Below, piece after piece: positions 18,944-28,971 of a stretch of 56,901 nt of DNA. Numbering within the stretch: position 1 is the stretch's first letter; the number at the start of each line of letters is the position of its first letter. The stretch spans positions 1-56,901 of IMG/VR virus record IMGVR_UViG_3300010151_000014; one strand, written 5' to 3'. The notes under the pieces are model-generated. The model saw nothing but the letters and a program-made list of their open reading frames with translations, had not been told where the DNA came from and searched no databases. This DNA comes from a virus (taxonomy: Duplodnaviria > Caudoviricetes). The translations under genes and the position numbers were made by a program.

Positions 18944-20221
18944 ATGAATTTGTTAGTTCAAACACAATTGTCAAATTATAATACGGCCGGAAAGTTCATT
19001 CTAGAAGCAGATAGTGGCTGGCAAATGATAATGGGCAGGGTCCGAACGCTTTTGGCACTACAACCTAACATTCGTGTCTCAATTCTTTGTCCTTTACGTA
19101 ATCAACTTGTAACGCAACCTGAGAATGTGAATCCAGATATTATTGATGATTCGCGAGTGAAGTGTTTATATCATGAAATAATTCCAAATGCATTGGCAAC
19201 ACGATATGATTTCGATTTTGATGGAATTGGTAAAATGTTAAAAGATACAAATGAAAGATATACACATGTATATATCAATGATCCTATGCATCTTAGGAAC
19301 TTTCGTGCTCTTTTTTATCTTAAAATGCAATATACACCAAGATTTTTTGTACATTCGCATTTTATTGATAATCCTGAATGTCCTAAGTTTCCAATGGAGG
19401 CGTCTTTGTGGTATGGGCAACTTGAGGCTGCATTGAAGGCAGATTATAATTTTTGGCAATGTGAATCTGCAATGAATTTATTTTTGGATTCAGCAAGAAA
19501 TTATTTAAACGATGAGTTAGTTAATCAAATCAAAAACAAATCTATACCTTGGGATGACGGTTATTCTTATAATGAAATTCTAAAACCTATTGATGAATCA
19601 GGGGTTAGGTTTAAGATTCCTAATGATAAAGTAATTGTATTTGTACCAAATCGGGTGGGAGGAAAAGGTAGATCATCTGATTATACCAATTGTGGAAAGT
19701 TCTTATTTGAGATTTGTAATGAACTTTGGAAGGAGAGACAAGACTTTATTGTGATCGCAGGTAATCCTTCACAAAAGTTTAGCAATGATGAGCTTAATGA
19801 ATTATGTAATCCATATGCAAAGTTGTTTGAAGGTACCTTAACAAGAAATGAATATCGATGGGTAGGTAGAAACTCACATATTTCTGTGGGTTTGTATGAT
19901 CAGGATTCTTATGGTGGCACTGCAGCACGTGAATTACTTGAATTAGGGTGTTTGCCTGTGTGGATCAATAGATATGAATACAAATCACTTGCAGATGCGA
20001 CAGGATACCCATTTATTGCAGCAGAACTTGATAACATTAAGAATGTTTTGAGTGATGTAATTGATTATGCAAAGAAAGATCTCAAATTTAGCAAGGCCTT
20101 GGGTGGGGGTATTATGTTTAATGACGCCTGGTCTTTAAGGGATCTTAATAGGGAAAAATGTAGTTACGAAATGTCAACTCAGCGTGCTCTAGATATTATG
20201 AAAGATGTCGCCAATGTTTAA
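18944..20221 (+). CDS. Putative GT-B fold glycosyltransferase
   Basis: Two Rossmann-like halves; FVPNR, Y.W......SVG and DSYGGTAARE matching the GT4-type (D/E)x7E region; sugar-enzyme neighbours. Confidence 0.6.
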   Translation: MNLLVQTQLSNYNTAGKFILEADSGWQMIMGRVRTLLALQPNIRVSILCPLRNQLVTQPENVNPDIIDDSRVKCLYHEIIPNALATRYDFDFDGIGKMLKDTNERYTHVYINDPMHLRNFRALFYLKMQYTPRFFVHSHFIDNPECPKFPMEASLWYGQLEAALKADYNFWQCESAMNLFLDSARNYLNDELVNQIKNKSIPWDDGYSYNEILKPIDESGVRFKIPNDKVIVFVPNRVGGKGRSSDYTNCGKFLFEICNELWKERQDFIVIAGNPSQKFSNDELNELCNPYAKLFEGTLTRNEYRWVGRNSHISVGLYDQDSYGGTAARELLELGCLPVWINRYEYKSLADATGYPFIAAELDNIKNVLSDVIDYAKKDLKFSKALGGGIMFNDAWSLRDLNREKCSYEMSTQRALDIMKDVANV

Positions 20222-21218
20222 ACGTACGTTCAAAGATTTTACTAGCGCATATCTTTCTCTTGCAGAAGAAATTAGGGATGACTATGATTATATCACGTCA
20301 CCACGTGGAATGAAAGTTAAGGAAAAATTGGGTGTCAAATTTGAGATAACAAACCCACGTCATAGAATCCCATATGTCCCAATTAGAAAGTTTAAGATAC
20401 AATATATGATCGCAGAAACTTTATGGTATTTATCGGCCAATAATAAAACAAAATGGATCGCAAATTACGCACCATTTTGGGAAGGTATTACCGACGATGG
20501 CCTTACGGCGAACAGCGCGTATGGTGCGAGAATATTTCAACGACATGACAGAATTGCGTTGGGTGGTATTAATCAATGGGTATATGCCAAGGAGGTGTTA
20601 AAACAAGACCCAGATTCACGACGAGCCTTTATTCACATCCGAACCCCTCATGATAGTATTATTGGGTCAAAAGATGTACCTTGCACAATAGGATTGCAGT
20701 TTTTTATTCGTGACAATAAGCTGGATCTCATTGTTAATATGCGTTCTAGTGATTTGATTTTGGGAATTTCATATGATGTTCCTGCATTCACATTTTTACA
20801 AGAACTTATGGCGCTTGAACTAGGCGTTTCAATTGGCACTTATATTCATATTTCAAATTCCATGCATGTGTATGAAAAGCATTTTGAAATGTTGGATGAA
20901 ATTCTTGATAAACGTAATGTTGCAGAAAGCATATTATTGAGTTATATGCGTGGACCAATGAAATCAATGCCTAAGCAACAATGTACAATAAGGTTATATA
21001 AATTTGAAGAATTATTGCGCTCCTGTTATGATATTGATAGCATAGATAATGCATTAAGCGATTTAAAGGATATTGATGATTATTGGTTTGATTGGGCACA
21101 AGTATTAGCTGCACATCGAGCAGGAAAATTAGGAAAAAAGAAAAAAATGAAAGATTTAATGTATAATGTTACTGAACAATTACGTCCTATAAAAATAGTA
21201 CATGAGGTAAAGAAATGA
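20205..21218 (+). CDS. Thymidylate-synthase-fold enzyme, probable dCMP hydroxymethylase-type
   Basis: E.LWY, AYG, DSRRA, catalytic PC, RSSD, HVY; specificity position reads GISYD (Asp) rather than GLPFN (Asn). Confidence 0.75.
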   Translation: MSPMFKRTFKDFTSAYLSLAEEIRDDYDYITSPRGMKVKEKLGVKFEITNPRHRIPYVPIRKFKIQYMIAETLWYLSANNKTKWIANYAPFWEGITDDGLTANSAYGARIFQRHDRIALGGINQWVYAKEVLKQDPDSRRAFIHIRTPHDSIIGSKDVPCTIGLQFFIRDNKLDLIVNMRSSDLILGISYDVPAFTFLQELMALELGVSIGTYIHISNSMHVYEKHFEMLDEILDKRNVAESILLSYMRGPMKSMPKQQCTIRLYKFEELLRSCYDIDSIDNALSDLKDIDDYWFDWAQVLAAHRAGKLGKKKKMKDLMYNVTEQLRPIKIVHEVKK

Positions 21219-22225
21219 GAGTGTTAGTAACAGGTGGATGTGGATTTATTGGTTCGACATTGGTTCGAAAATTGAGGGAAAATAATATTCAAGTTGATAT
21301 TGTTGATGATATGTCAGTTGGTAATCTTTCAAAGCTAGGAAAAGTCCCTCTTCGTGTTGTCCCAGTTGATCTAATAAGTATATATCAAAATACAGTTGAG
21401 GATAATGAGCTCAAAGAGGGCCATGTTTTGGTTTTTGAAGGGGATTTTACACACCCACTAATATTAAATAGAATTGCTCAGGGATATTATATGTATGTTT
21501 TTCATCTTGCGGCAGATCCACGTGTTGAATATTCTATACAAAATCCTTACAAAACAACGGTCAATAATATATCAAAGACTGTTTTGCTATTGTCTTCATG
21601 CGCAGGTAATATTCAACGTTTTATATTTTCATCGTCATGTTCAGTCTATGGTGATCAGTATTCTATTGAAGGTACCCCAACAACCGAAGCATCACCGACG
21701 GCACCATGTTCACCATACGCACTACAAAAATTAACAATTGATCAATTGTTACCTATGTTCTATAAGTTTCACGGATTAGATTCGGTTTCATTACGATATT
21801 TTAATGTATATGGTCCTGGTCATGATGGTACCGGTGCATATGCAACTGCAGTTGCTGCATGGTGTAGCGCACTTAAAAAAAGCCAGTCTTTACGCTCAGA
21901 TGGAGATGGAACACAGAGTCGTGACATGGTATTTGTTGACGACATTGCGGCAATTAATATTGCAGCTATGATTCAAACAAAGGATCTTAAAGGTGAGGCA
22001 TTTAATGTGTGTACAGGCACTGCGATATCAAATAATGATATCCTACAATTAATTTGGAAACTTTATGGACCATATACGAGGAAAGACTCACCATGGCGTC
22101 CCGGGGATGTGATGCACACATTAGGAAATAATACAAAAATAAACGATGAACTTATCCCATATCCATGGTTAGGTTTTAAGGAAGGCCTGGAACAAACAAT
22201 GAGATGGTGGGGCCTAATTAAATAA
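21215..22225 (+). CDS. NAD-dependent nucleotide-sugar epimerase/dehydratase (extended SDR)
   Basis: TGGCGFIG, SSSCSVYG, YALQK, RYFNVYGP, RD.VFVDD, RPGD. Confidence 0.92.
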   Translation: MRVLVTGGCGFIGSTLVRKLRENNIQVDIVDDMSVGNLSKLGKVPLRVVPVDLISIYQNTVEDNELKEGHVLVFEGDFTHPLILNRIAQGYYMYVFHLAADPRVEYSIQNPYKTTVNNISKTVLLLSSCAGNIQRFIFSSSCSVYGDQYSIEGTPTTEASPTAPCSPYALQKLTIDQLLPMFYKFHGLDSVSLRYFNVYGPGHDGTGAYATAVAAWCSALKKSQSLRSDGDGTQSRDMVFVDDIAAINIAAMIQTKDLKGEAFNVCTGTAISNNDILQLIWKLYGPYTRKDSPWRPGDVMHTLGNNTKINDELIPYPWLGFKEGLEQTMRWWGLIK

Positions 22226-22276
22226 GATCATTATAAATTGCATTAAATTCATTTTTATCTAATAAAGGCTTGAAAT

Positions 22277-22750
22277 ATGAAAGAAATTTGGATAACAAAA
22301 TCTACAATTATTGAAAAACCATGGGGCACGGAACAAATATGGCAAACCGGAGGTTGGAGACAAATATCTAGCAAAATTCTATATCTAAAAGAAGGTTATC
22401 GCACTAGCCTAAAATATAATAATATTAAAAATGAAGTATTATTTATTTTGTCTGGGAGGTTGTTATTAACATATTCGAACGAAAGATTTAGACAAAATAA
22501 AGAATTTAAGTCGTGTTATCTCACGGCCGGTGAAACAATTAATATTCAAAGTGAATGCCCATATCGTCTTAAGGCAATTGAAGACACAGTTGTTGTCGAA
22601 GTGGGTGATCGTCCGTCTACTCAAGATTCTATTGTTCGATTTCATGATGATTATGGTCGTCATCCAAAAACCGGTGACGAATTAATTAACGATATGGCCC
22701 AACAAGCTATATATGAGTCAGGGCACCTAGGCATTAAACAAAATGATTAA
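22277..22750 (+). CDS. Cupin protein (mannose-6-phosphate-isomerase-like)
   Basis: KPWG.E, SL.Y...K.E, EV...D.VRF.DDYGR typical of type II PMI cupins; His ligands replaced. Confidence 0.7.
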   Translation: MKEIWITKSTIIEKPWGTEQIWQTGGWRQISSKILYLKEGYRTSLKYNNIKNEVLFILSGRLLLTYSNERFRQNKEFKSCYLTAGETINIQSECPYRLKAIEDTVVVEVGDRPSTQDSIVRFHDDYGRHPKTGDELINDMAQQAIYESGHLGIKQND

Positions 22751-22782
22751 TAAATCCATATATCTGAGGGGTATCATATAAT

Positions 22783-23784
22783 ATGTCAAAACCTAATCCA
22801 GGCGATGTAAATTTGGTGTTGTATCATGCAGACTGTAGTGACGGATTTGGGTCGGCATATGCCGCGTGGAAACTACTTGGCTCAAAAGCGAAATATATTC
22901 CATGTAAACATGGGTCATCCCCACCAGATGTTGTTGGAAAAAATGTTGCAATATGTGATTTTAGTTTCGATAATGCCACAACAAAGAAAATGATTGAAGA
23001 TGCAAATACATTAATCATTCTAGATCATCATAAAAGCGCTGTAATCGAATTGCATGATATTGCTGAAACAGTATTCGATATGAATCATAGTGGGGCAATT
23101 ATTACATGGAATTTCTTTCATCCAGGAAAAGAATCACCTAAATTTTTGAAATATATTGAAACGCGAGATTTATGGAAATGGGATTTACCTTATTCAAAAG
23201 AGTTTTCGTCTGCATTTGATATGATTCCATTTGAGTTTGAGGAATTTGAGAAATTTGAAGATGACAGTGTATTTGACGCAGCGATTAAAAAAGGGTCGGT
23301 AATTTTATCATATAGCAAAACTGTTATTAAAAAAGTTGCCTCACAAGCACGAAAAAGAAAACTTGATGGCAAAGATATATACGTTGTTAATGCTTCACAT
23401 TGGATGAGTGAAATTGGCGCGCATCTATCAACCTTTTGCGATTTTGTGTTCATATGGTACTATGATCACGGACAACGAAACATTAAAGTCTCACTAAGAT
23501 CACATGGTGATAATGCTGATGTTTGCGAGATTGCAAAAAGTTTTGGTGGTGGTGGTCATAAAAATGCCGCCGGTTTTACCCTTCTGGGGGGTACATGCGT
23601 TGATGATTTATTTGATGTTGTGGAAGAAAAAGTTGATACAACAGCAGCGCGGGATGAGCTTAACAAAATTAAAGTACAGTTTGAGGAATCTGGTAATATT
23701 AAAAAAGTGGAAGTGATCAATGCTGTAAGTGCCCTTTTAGATGATGTTATTGATCATCAAGAAGAGGATTTAAAGAAAAGCTAG
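22783..23784 (+). CDS. DHH/DHHA1 phosphoesterase
   Basis: YHADCSDG, DFS, DHH, SLRS, GGGGH. Confidence 0.88.
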   Translation: MSKPNPGDVNLVLYHADCSDGFGSAYAAWKLLGSKAKYIPCKHGSSPPDVVGKNVAICDFSFDNATTKKMIEDANTLIILDHHKSAVIELHDIAETVFDMNHSGAIITWNFFHPGKESPKFLKYIETRDLWKWDLPYSKEFSSAFDMIPFEFEEFEKFEDDSVFDAAIKKGSVILSYSKTVIKKVASQARKRKLDGKDIYVVNASHWMSEIGAHLSTFCDFVFIWYYDHGQRNIKVSLRSHGDNADVCEIAKSFGGGGHKNAAGFTLLGGTCVDDLFDVVEEKVDTTAARDELNKIKVQFEESGNIKKVEVINAVSALLDDVIDHQEEDLKKS

Positions 23785-23825
23785 AAATAGATGTTTGAAA
23801 CGTAAAATTATAAACGATTAATAAA

Positions 23826-24773
23826 ATGACTATATCTGCCGCTATAGGTTTGACAGGATTAGTTTTGTCTACCTACGCCGTAATTGCTAATGATAGTGCC
23901 CAAACATTGGGCACTTTTATATCATCAAATAAGGACACATCTTGGTGGAAATCATGGTTATATATGTCATTAATTATGATTCTAACCTTAGGATATGCAT
24001 GGTTAATAGGTGATATTACATATGGGCGCCTTAATGAAATACCTTTTCCTTTATCATTTAAATGGTACCATGGTGTTGCCCCTGTACTTTTATTGGTATT
24101 AACACATTTCGGAATACCTGTTAGCACAACATTATTAACTTTAAGTTTATTTTCTAGTAGTCTCGTTTTGAAAAAGATTATTATTAAATCCGCAATAGGA
24201 TATGGTATAGCGGCCGTCTCAGCGTATATACTTTGGTTTGTTTTATCATATTTTTTAAACGAAAAGAGACCTGTTAAAATAGGTCACAAAAAGTATTGGG
24301 TGATCGGCCAATGGATGGCGACTGGGTTTTTGTGGAGCCAATGGTTAAGTCATGATATTGCAAATGTTGCAGTTTATCTTCCACGAAAAAACGCTTTAAC
24401 ACCTCTAATGTTTTTAGGTTTTATAACTCTTCTTATTGGGTGGTTGGCATACTTGTTTTACACAAAAGGTGGCAAGATTCAATCGATTATACAATCGAAA
24501 AGTGGCACCCGTTTTGCAAGATCTGCAACCATTATCGACTTTGTTTACGCAATTATTCTTTGGGTTTTTAAAGAATACAATAATTTACCAATGTCGACAA
24601 CTTGGGTATTTGTTGGTTTACTATGCGGTCGTGAATTGGCGGTATATCGGGTATTCTCAAATGGCGCCGGCATTAAAATGATATTTCCAATATTAATTAA
24701 TGATTTTTTTAAAATGATGGCAGGTCTGGCTTTGAGCGTCATATTAGTTGGGTTTATTATTACCTTTGGATGA
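23826..24773 (+). CDS. Polytopic membrane protein related to PiT/PHO4 phosphate permeases
   Basis: ANDSAQ, PVSTT, HDIAN, PMSTT repeats and multiple TM segments. Confidence 0.65.
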   Translation: MTISAAIGLTGLVLSTYAVIANDSAQTLGTFISSNKDTSWWKSWLYMSLIMILTLGYAWLIGDITYGRLNEIPFPLSFKWYHGVAPVLLLVLTHFGIPVSTTLLTLSLFSSSLVLKKIIIKSAIGYGIAAVSAYILWFVLSYFLNEKRPVKIGHKKYWVIGQWMATGFLWSQWLSHDIANVAVYLPRKNALTPLMFLGFITLLIGWLAYLFYTKGGKIQSIIQSKSGTRFARSATIIDFVYAIILWVFKEYNNLPMSTTWVFVGLLCGRELAVYRVFSNGAGIKMIFPILINDFFKMMAGLALSVILVGFIITFG

Positions 24774-24878
24774 TATCATTTTTAAAATAAGGTTTCGAAA
24801 GAAATCAAATAAATATTATTTATGTAAATGACTTGCACAAACGTTACAATAAACTATAAATTTATAAAAGGTATTTAA

Positions 24879-25136
24879 ATGAAAAATGTAATAATGACAT
24901 CATTAATGTTGGCTCTATCTTATATGGGCATAGCTCAAGCTGAATGTATACAAACCCCACAGTCAAGTTGGATAACTCAGGCGTGTTATTATACAGTAAC
25001 AACGGACATATATATGAATAGAAAACGTTATATATTTTGTGGTATACCATACACTACGTTTTTGGATCTAGTTAATGCCCCTTCACCTGGTAAATATTAT
25101 TATGCTATGATTAAGGGCAAATATAATTGTTGGTGA
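24879..25136 (+). CDS. KTSC-domain protein with signal peptide
   Basis: SS.I....Y...Y...IP...F..L.NA.S.GKYY...IKGKY pattern after an N-terminal signal ending AQA. Confidence 0.7.
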   Translation: MKNVIMTSLMLALSYMGIAQAECIQTPQSSWITQACYYTVTTDIYMNRKRYIFCGIPYTTFLDLVNAPSPGKYYYAMIKGKYNCW

Positions 25137-25189
25137 TGCTGCACCTTATCTATACCGCTTAAACACCCTATATAGGCACTTAGAAAAAT

Positions 25190-25819
25190 ATGTTGGAACA
25201 ACAAACACTAAAACTTAAATATCATGAGCAACCACAAGATGAACCCAATGAACCTATCGAGGATAGCGAAGGTGATAAAACAATAACACATAAAAAATAT
25301 GCCACAATTGTTGCCGATCCTCCTTGGTATCAACGTGGCGGTGGAAAATGCAAAAGGGGAGCCGATCGGCATTACCCAATCCTTAAAGAACACCAGATTA
25401 AAAATATAATGTTCAATTATTTGGATGATAAGGTTGCAGATAATGCGCATTTATATTTGTGGACGGTGAATAACCATCTTCCAGAGGCACTTCGTATTAT
25501 CGAACATTTAGGTTTTCGTTATATCACAAATCTTGTTTGGGCAAAACCTTATTTTGGTTTAGGTCGATATTTTCGGGGACAGCATGAATTATGTCTTTTT
25601 GCAACAAAAGGCCGGGGTTTTACACCAAAAACATCAAAAAACAATATATCAACACTCATTGGTCAATCATTAATTAAGCCAACAACTCATAGCACAAAAC
25701 CAAAGGTGATATATGACTTAGTTGAGGCACGCAGTCAAGGCCCTTATTTGGAAATGTTTGCGCGTAATAAACGAAAAGGATGGGATACGTGGGGAAACGA
25801 AATTGACAACAAGGCTTAG
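25190..25819 (+). CDS. MT-A70 family adenine methyltransferase
   Basis: ADPPW, HLYLW, HE.CLFA, HS.KP, LEMFAR...GW..WGNE. Confidence 0.9.
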   Translation: MLEQQTLKLKYHEQPQDEPNEPIEDSEGDKTITHKKYATIVADPPWYQRGGGKCKRGADRHYPILKEHQIKNIMFNYLDDKVADNAHLYLWTVNNHLPEALRIIEHLGFRYITNLVWAKPYFGLGRYFRGQHELCLFATKGRGFTPKTSKNNISTLIGQSLIKPTTHSTKPKVIYDLVEARSQGPYLEMFARNKRKGWDTWGNEIDNKA

Positions 25820-26213
25820 TTGGGATGAGATTTGGATGAACTTTACACGCCTGGTGGCGAAACGTTCATATGATCCACGCCATAAAGTTGGTGCAATTGT
25901 CGTTACCGGTGATAATACGCAGGTGCTATCAATAGGTTACAATGGCAATTATGCCGGTGGACCAAACGAAATTGAAACAATCATACCTGGTCAATCAGGT
26001 ATGATTCATGCTGAGATTAATACATTAATTAAATTGGACTATAACAACCCTAAGTATAAAAAAATGTATCTCACATTATCACCTTGTCGTATGTGCGCAA
26101 AGGCAATTATTAATGGCGGGATAAATGAAGTAATATATGATAAAGAATATAGGGATACATCAGGTATACATATATTAGAACAGATTGGTATTAAATTACG
26201 TAAATACAAATGA
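25803..26213 (+). CDS. dCMP deaminase
   Basis: VGA, GYNG, HAE, SPCRMC; start placed at TTG 25803 (TRLSWDE). Confidence 0.88.
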   Translation: MTTRLSWDEIWMNFTRLVAKRSYDPRHKVGAIVVTGDNTQVLSIGYNGNYAGGPNEIETIIPGQSGMIHAEINTLIKLDYNNPKYKKMYLTLSPCRMCAKAIINGGINEVIYDKEYRDTSGIHILEQIGIKLRKYK

Positions 26214-26250
26214 ACGTAATATTTATGTTATATAAATAAGGTTAATTTAA

Positions 26251-27303
26251 ATGAAACATTATGATGAATTATTTTTGGAAAATTTAGTTCAACGTGCAGT
26301 TTATCAACTATGTTCCAATAAGCCTTTATTGCAGGAATCAATATCCCCAATTCTCCTTGAAGGAATTGGGGGAAAGGACATTAGTAGGCTTAAGGAACAA
26401 GTACAGAATGCGAAAGATTCATTGGCTGAAATTAATGATATATTAGGCGACACAATTAATATTTTACCAAATATTCAAGCAGCGTTAAAAAAGTTGGCAA
26501 AAAATATGCCAAGTACAACTGAAATTGTCGCATTGAAGTTTATGGGTGGAAAAAAACAGATTGCGAAAGCTGTTGTAAAGGTCTCGGTAGGGGTTAATAA
26601 AGTTCACTTAATTCGCACAAGTATTTATAATGCCTTATCACTTTTGGCGGAGGGGTTTGCTGAGTTGGATTTTATAAAAGAAATATTAAGTGATCCCAAC
26701 CATGACGCCGCCTATGAATTTAAAGAATTAAACCTACAAAGCTTTGTTGCAAATTATAAAGATGAACTACCTCCCATTAAATCGATTGTAACAGGAATAA
26801 AACGTAGTTATAAAGAACCTCCGGCCGCAACCGGGTGGTTGGGCAAGGCGGCTAATGTATTTGGTGGCCTATTTGGAACATCGCTAACGGTACGTAAATT
26901 TGTTAAAGATATTAGCCTACTCACATTTAAACAAGTTATTCAGATTGGTCAAAATATCGATCCTCATTTAAATGATGCGATTAAAGCCGAAAAAGAAGCT
27001 CGAAAAACCTCGGAGAAAGTGCTTGACGGCGTTACACAGGTCAATGACGAAAAGCAAGAAGAACCTGCAGCGGTGAAGAAGGTAAAGAAACTCAAATCCG
27101 ACACAGTTTATGAATATACCACCATCGCAGGAAAGAACAAGGGTAAAGTAAGAAAAGTGAATGTTATTGGGCCCTCAGAGAAAGAAGGTTATTATCAGGC
27201 ACAACTTCAGAAAAAGAATGGTGAATTTACTAAGGATGAATATTCACTCCCACTTAAGGGTTTTGGTGATCAGGTAAACGAATCAAACTTTGTTAATCGA
27301 TGA
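26251..27303 (+). CDS. Hypothetical protein, possibly virion-associated
   Basis: 350-aa helical ORF; LLQES/LLE motifs; ATATTTA element upstream. Confidence 0.7.
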   Translation: MKHYDELFLENLVQRAVYQLCSNKPLLQESISPILLEGIGGKDISRLKEQVQNAKDSLAEINDILGDTINILPNIQAALKKLAKNMPSTTEIVALKFMGGKKQIAKAVVKVSVGVNKVHLIRTSIYNALSLLAEGFAELDFIKEILSDPNHDAAYEFKELNLQSFVANYKDELPPIKSIVTGIKRSYKEPPAATGWLGKAANVFGGLFGTSLTVRKFVKDISLLTFKQVIQIGQNIDPHLNDAIKAEKEARKTSEKVLDGVTQVNDEKQEEPAAVKKVKKLKSDTVYEYTTIAGKNKGKVRKVNVIGPSEKEGYYQAQLQKKNGEFTKDEYSLPLKGFGDQVNESNFVNR

Positions 27304-27638
27304 AACGTTTTGGCGAGGATGGTATGAAACAAATCGTAGAATCAATGAAAAGAGTTTTGCTTCGTCGGATTGTTGAAAATCTAAACGAAGTTGATGTGTA
27401 TGATAACAAAGGTAATATTATAATCGCAAAAGATCTTAAGGTTCGACATATTGATTCACAGTTTGAATATACTGTTGCCAATGTTGTAGAAGATGAACAA
27501 GGTATTCAGATTATATTGCGAGCCCCAGATAAAGCACGCTTTACACCAATAGAATATACCGCGGATGTTAATATTGAGGGCATAGGCGATTTGATTATAA
27601 CACAAGATGAGTTTGAAAAAGAATATGAGGTGAATTAA
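27300..27638 (+). CDS. Hypothetical protein
   Basis: Coupled ORF; LLRRIVENLNE motif. Confidence 0.7.
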   Translation: MKRFGEDGMKQIVESMKRVLLRRIVENLNEVDVYDNKGNIIIAKDLKVRHIDSQFEYTVANVVEDEQGIQIILRAPDKARFTPIEYTADVNIEGIGDLIITQDEFEKEYEVN

Positions 27639-28345
27639 TGAAAAACCTACAACTATATGAAGCCGCAGATATTAACGCAATCAAAAAAAAGATTTATGAT
27701 GAATTGGGTTATAAGGCAATTAATGAGTCGTATGTTATAGAAACCCCGTCTGGGGTTGATTTGCCAACTGAATTGCTAAGTTCTAGGTCAAAAAAAATTC
27801 TTAATAATTTACTGGAATTATACACATCAGAATTAAATCATGTGAGCGCCAAACTTGACACGGCGATTCGCGATGTAAAAATGCCAGATGCGTCATATTA
27901 TGTTTCGCTTAAAGCCCAAGAAGGTCGCTTATTACAACTTAGTTTTTTGTTAGGTTTACATAAAACAAATATATCTGATATGCAATCAATGCTAACAATG
28001 AACACATTAACATATATGCGTTTGGAACGGGATTTTGGTACATTTGATTCGTGGCAAAAGGATATGATTGCATGTGCCATAGGTTCGGAGCGTTTTGCCA
28101 TAACTGCGTATAATGTTCATCTTCGACGATATATGAATCTAATTGTTGATGATTGCCACCCATTACCTCCTTCGGTATTACCAATAATATCAATATGCGT
28201 AATGCCTCAATTATATACTAGGGATTATTTAGATGATCGAAAATCTTACATATATGCAATGATGAAGGAACTTGCATGGGGAAAAATTGAAGAACGCATT
28301 AAAAATACTGAAGCAGCAGCGAAAGCCTACATGGGAAATAAATAA
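27638..28345 (+). CDS. Fe/Mn superoxide-dismutase-like protein lacking metal ligands
   Basis: LERDFGTFDSW, P.ISI, Y..DY...RKSYI....W..IEER match the SOD C-terminal domain, but DxWEH reads CVMPQ. Confidence 0.7.
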   Translation: MKNLQLYEAADINAIKKKIYDELGYKAINESYVIETPSGVDLPTELLSSRSKKILNNLLELYTSELNHVSAKLDTAIRDVKMPDASYYVSLKAQEGRLLQLSFLLGLHKTNISDMQSMLTMNTLTYMRLERDFGTFDSWQKDMIACAIGSERFAITAYNVHLRRYMNLIVDDCHPLPPSVLPIISICVMPQLYTRDYLDDRKSYIYAMMKELAWGKIEERIKNTEAAAKAYMGNK

Positions 28346-28971
28346 TGCGTACAAAAATTGAAAATATATTTGAAGATTATCGAAAATCTATTATGAACCC
28401 ATATTTGCTTGTCGAGGAGGCTGAAGAAGAACCTGCTGAAGATGAAGAAGAACCTGTTGAAGAAGAGGCCGAAACGGAATCCGAAGAAGAGTCAGAAGAA
28501 GAGCCAGAAGAAGAGCCAGAAGAAGAGTCAGAAGAAGAGTCAGAAGAAGAGGAACTTGTTATAACACCGGATGATATAACAAGTTTGGGTCACTCAATTG
28601 ATAATGCAGTTGAGGATTTGCTTGTAGGATATGAGTCAAATGCAAGAAAATCTGCAAAGATCCAAATCGAATCACAATACTCAATACGCAATATATTGTT
28701 GGAAACTAATAAAGAAAATGATATTGACATTAACCAATTTACTAATGATGTCGCGCGATTGTTAATGAATTATACAAATTTGCTTGATATGGAGGCAATT
28801 ATTATTAACAAAACTATACAATTTCTTGTAACCCATTATAATAAAGATATAGCAGAAACATTTTTGGAATTATTAGAGCTTAAACATGGAATTTTTTTGG
28901 ACACCGAGATTGAGGCCAATCAATATTATGCAGCAGGGGCATTCGGTGGGGGGGCTGGTGGGGGGATTTGA
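28345..28971 (+). CDS. Glu-rich hypothetical protein
   Basis: Coupled ORF with a long acidic repeat. Confidence 0.75.
   Translation: MRTKIENIFEDYRKSIMNPYLLVEEAEEEPAEDEEEPVEEEAETESEEESEEEPEEEPEEESEEESEEEELVITPDDITSLGHSIDNAVEDLLVGYESNARKSAKIQIESQYSIRNILLETNKENDIDINQFTNDVARLLMNYTNLLDMEAIIINKTIQFLVTHYNKDIAETFLELLELKHGIFLDTEIEANQYYAAGAFGGGAGGGI
28483..28551 (+). repeat. 12-nt tandem repeat gaagaagag(t/c)ca, 5.75 copies
   Basis: Read directly; encodes EEE(S/P). Confidence 0.92.

Noticed and set aside
20205-21218. Ordinary thymidylate synthase (thyA)
   Set aside because: Asp at the Asn specificity position and the kinase/GT/dNTPase context favour a dCMP-modifying enzyme; not excluded without an assay.
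28483-28551. CRISPR-like array
   Set aside because: Spacer-less 12-nt coding tandem repeat; the same holds for 3777 and 42302. No CRISPR array or cas gene was seen.
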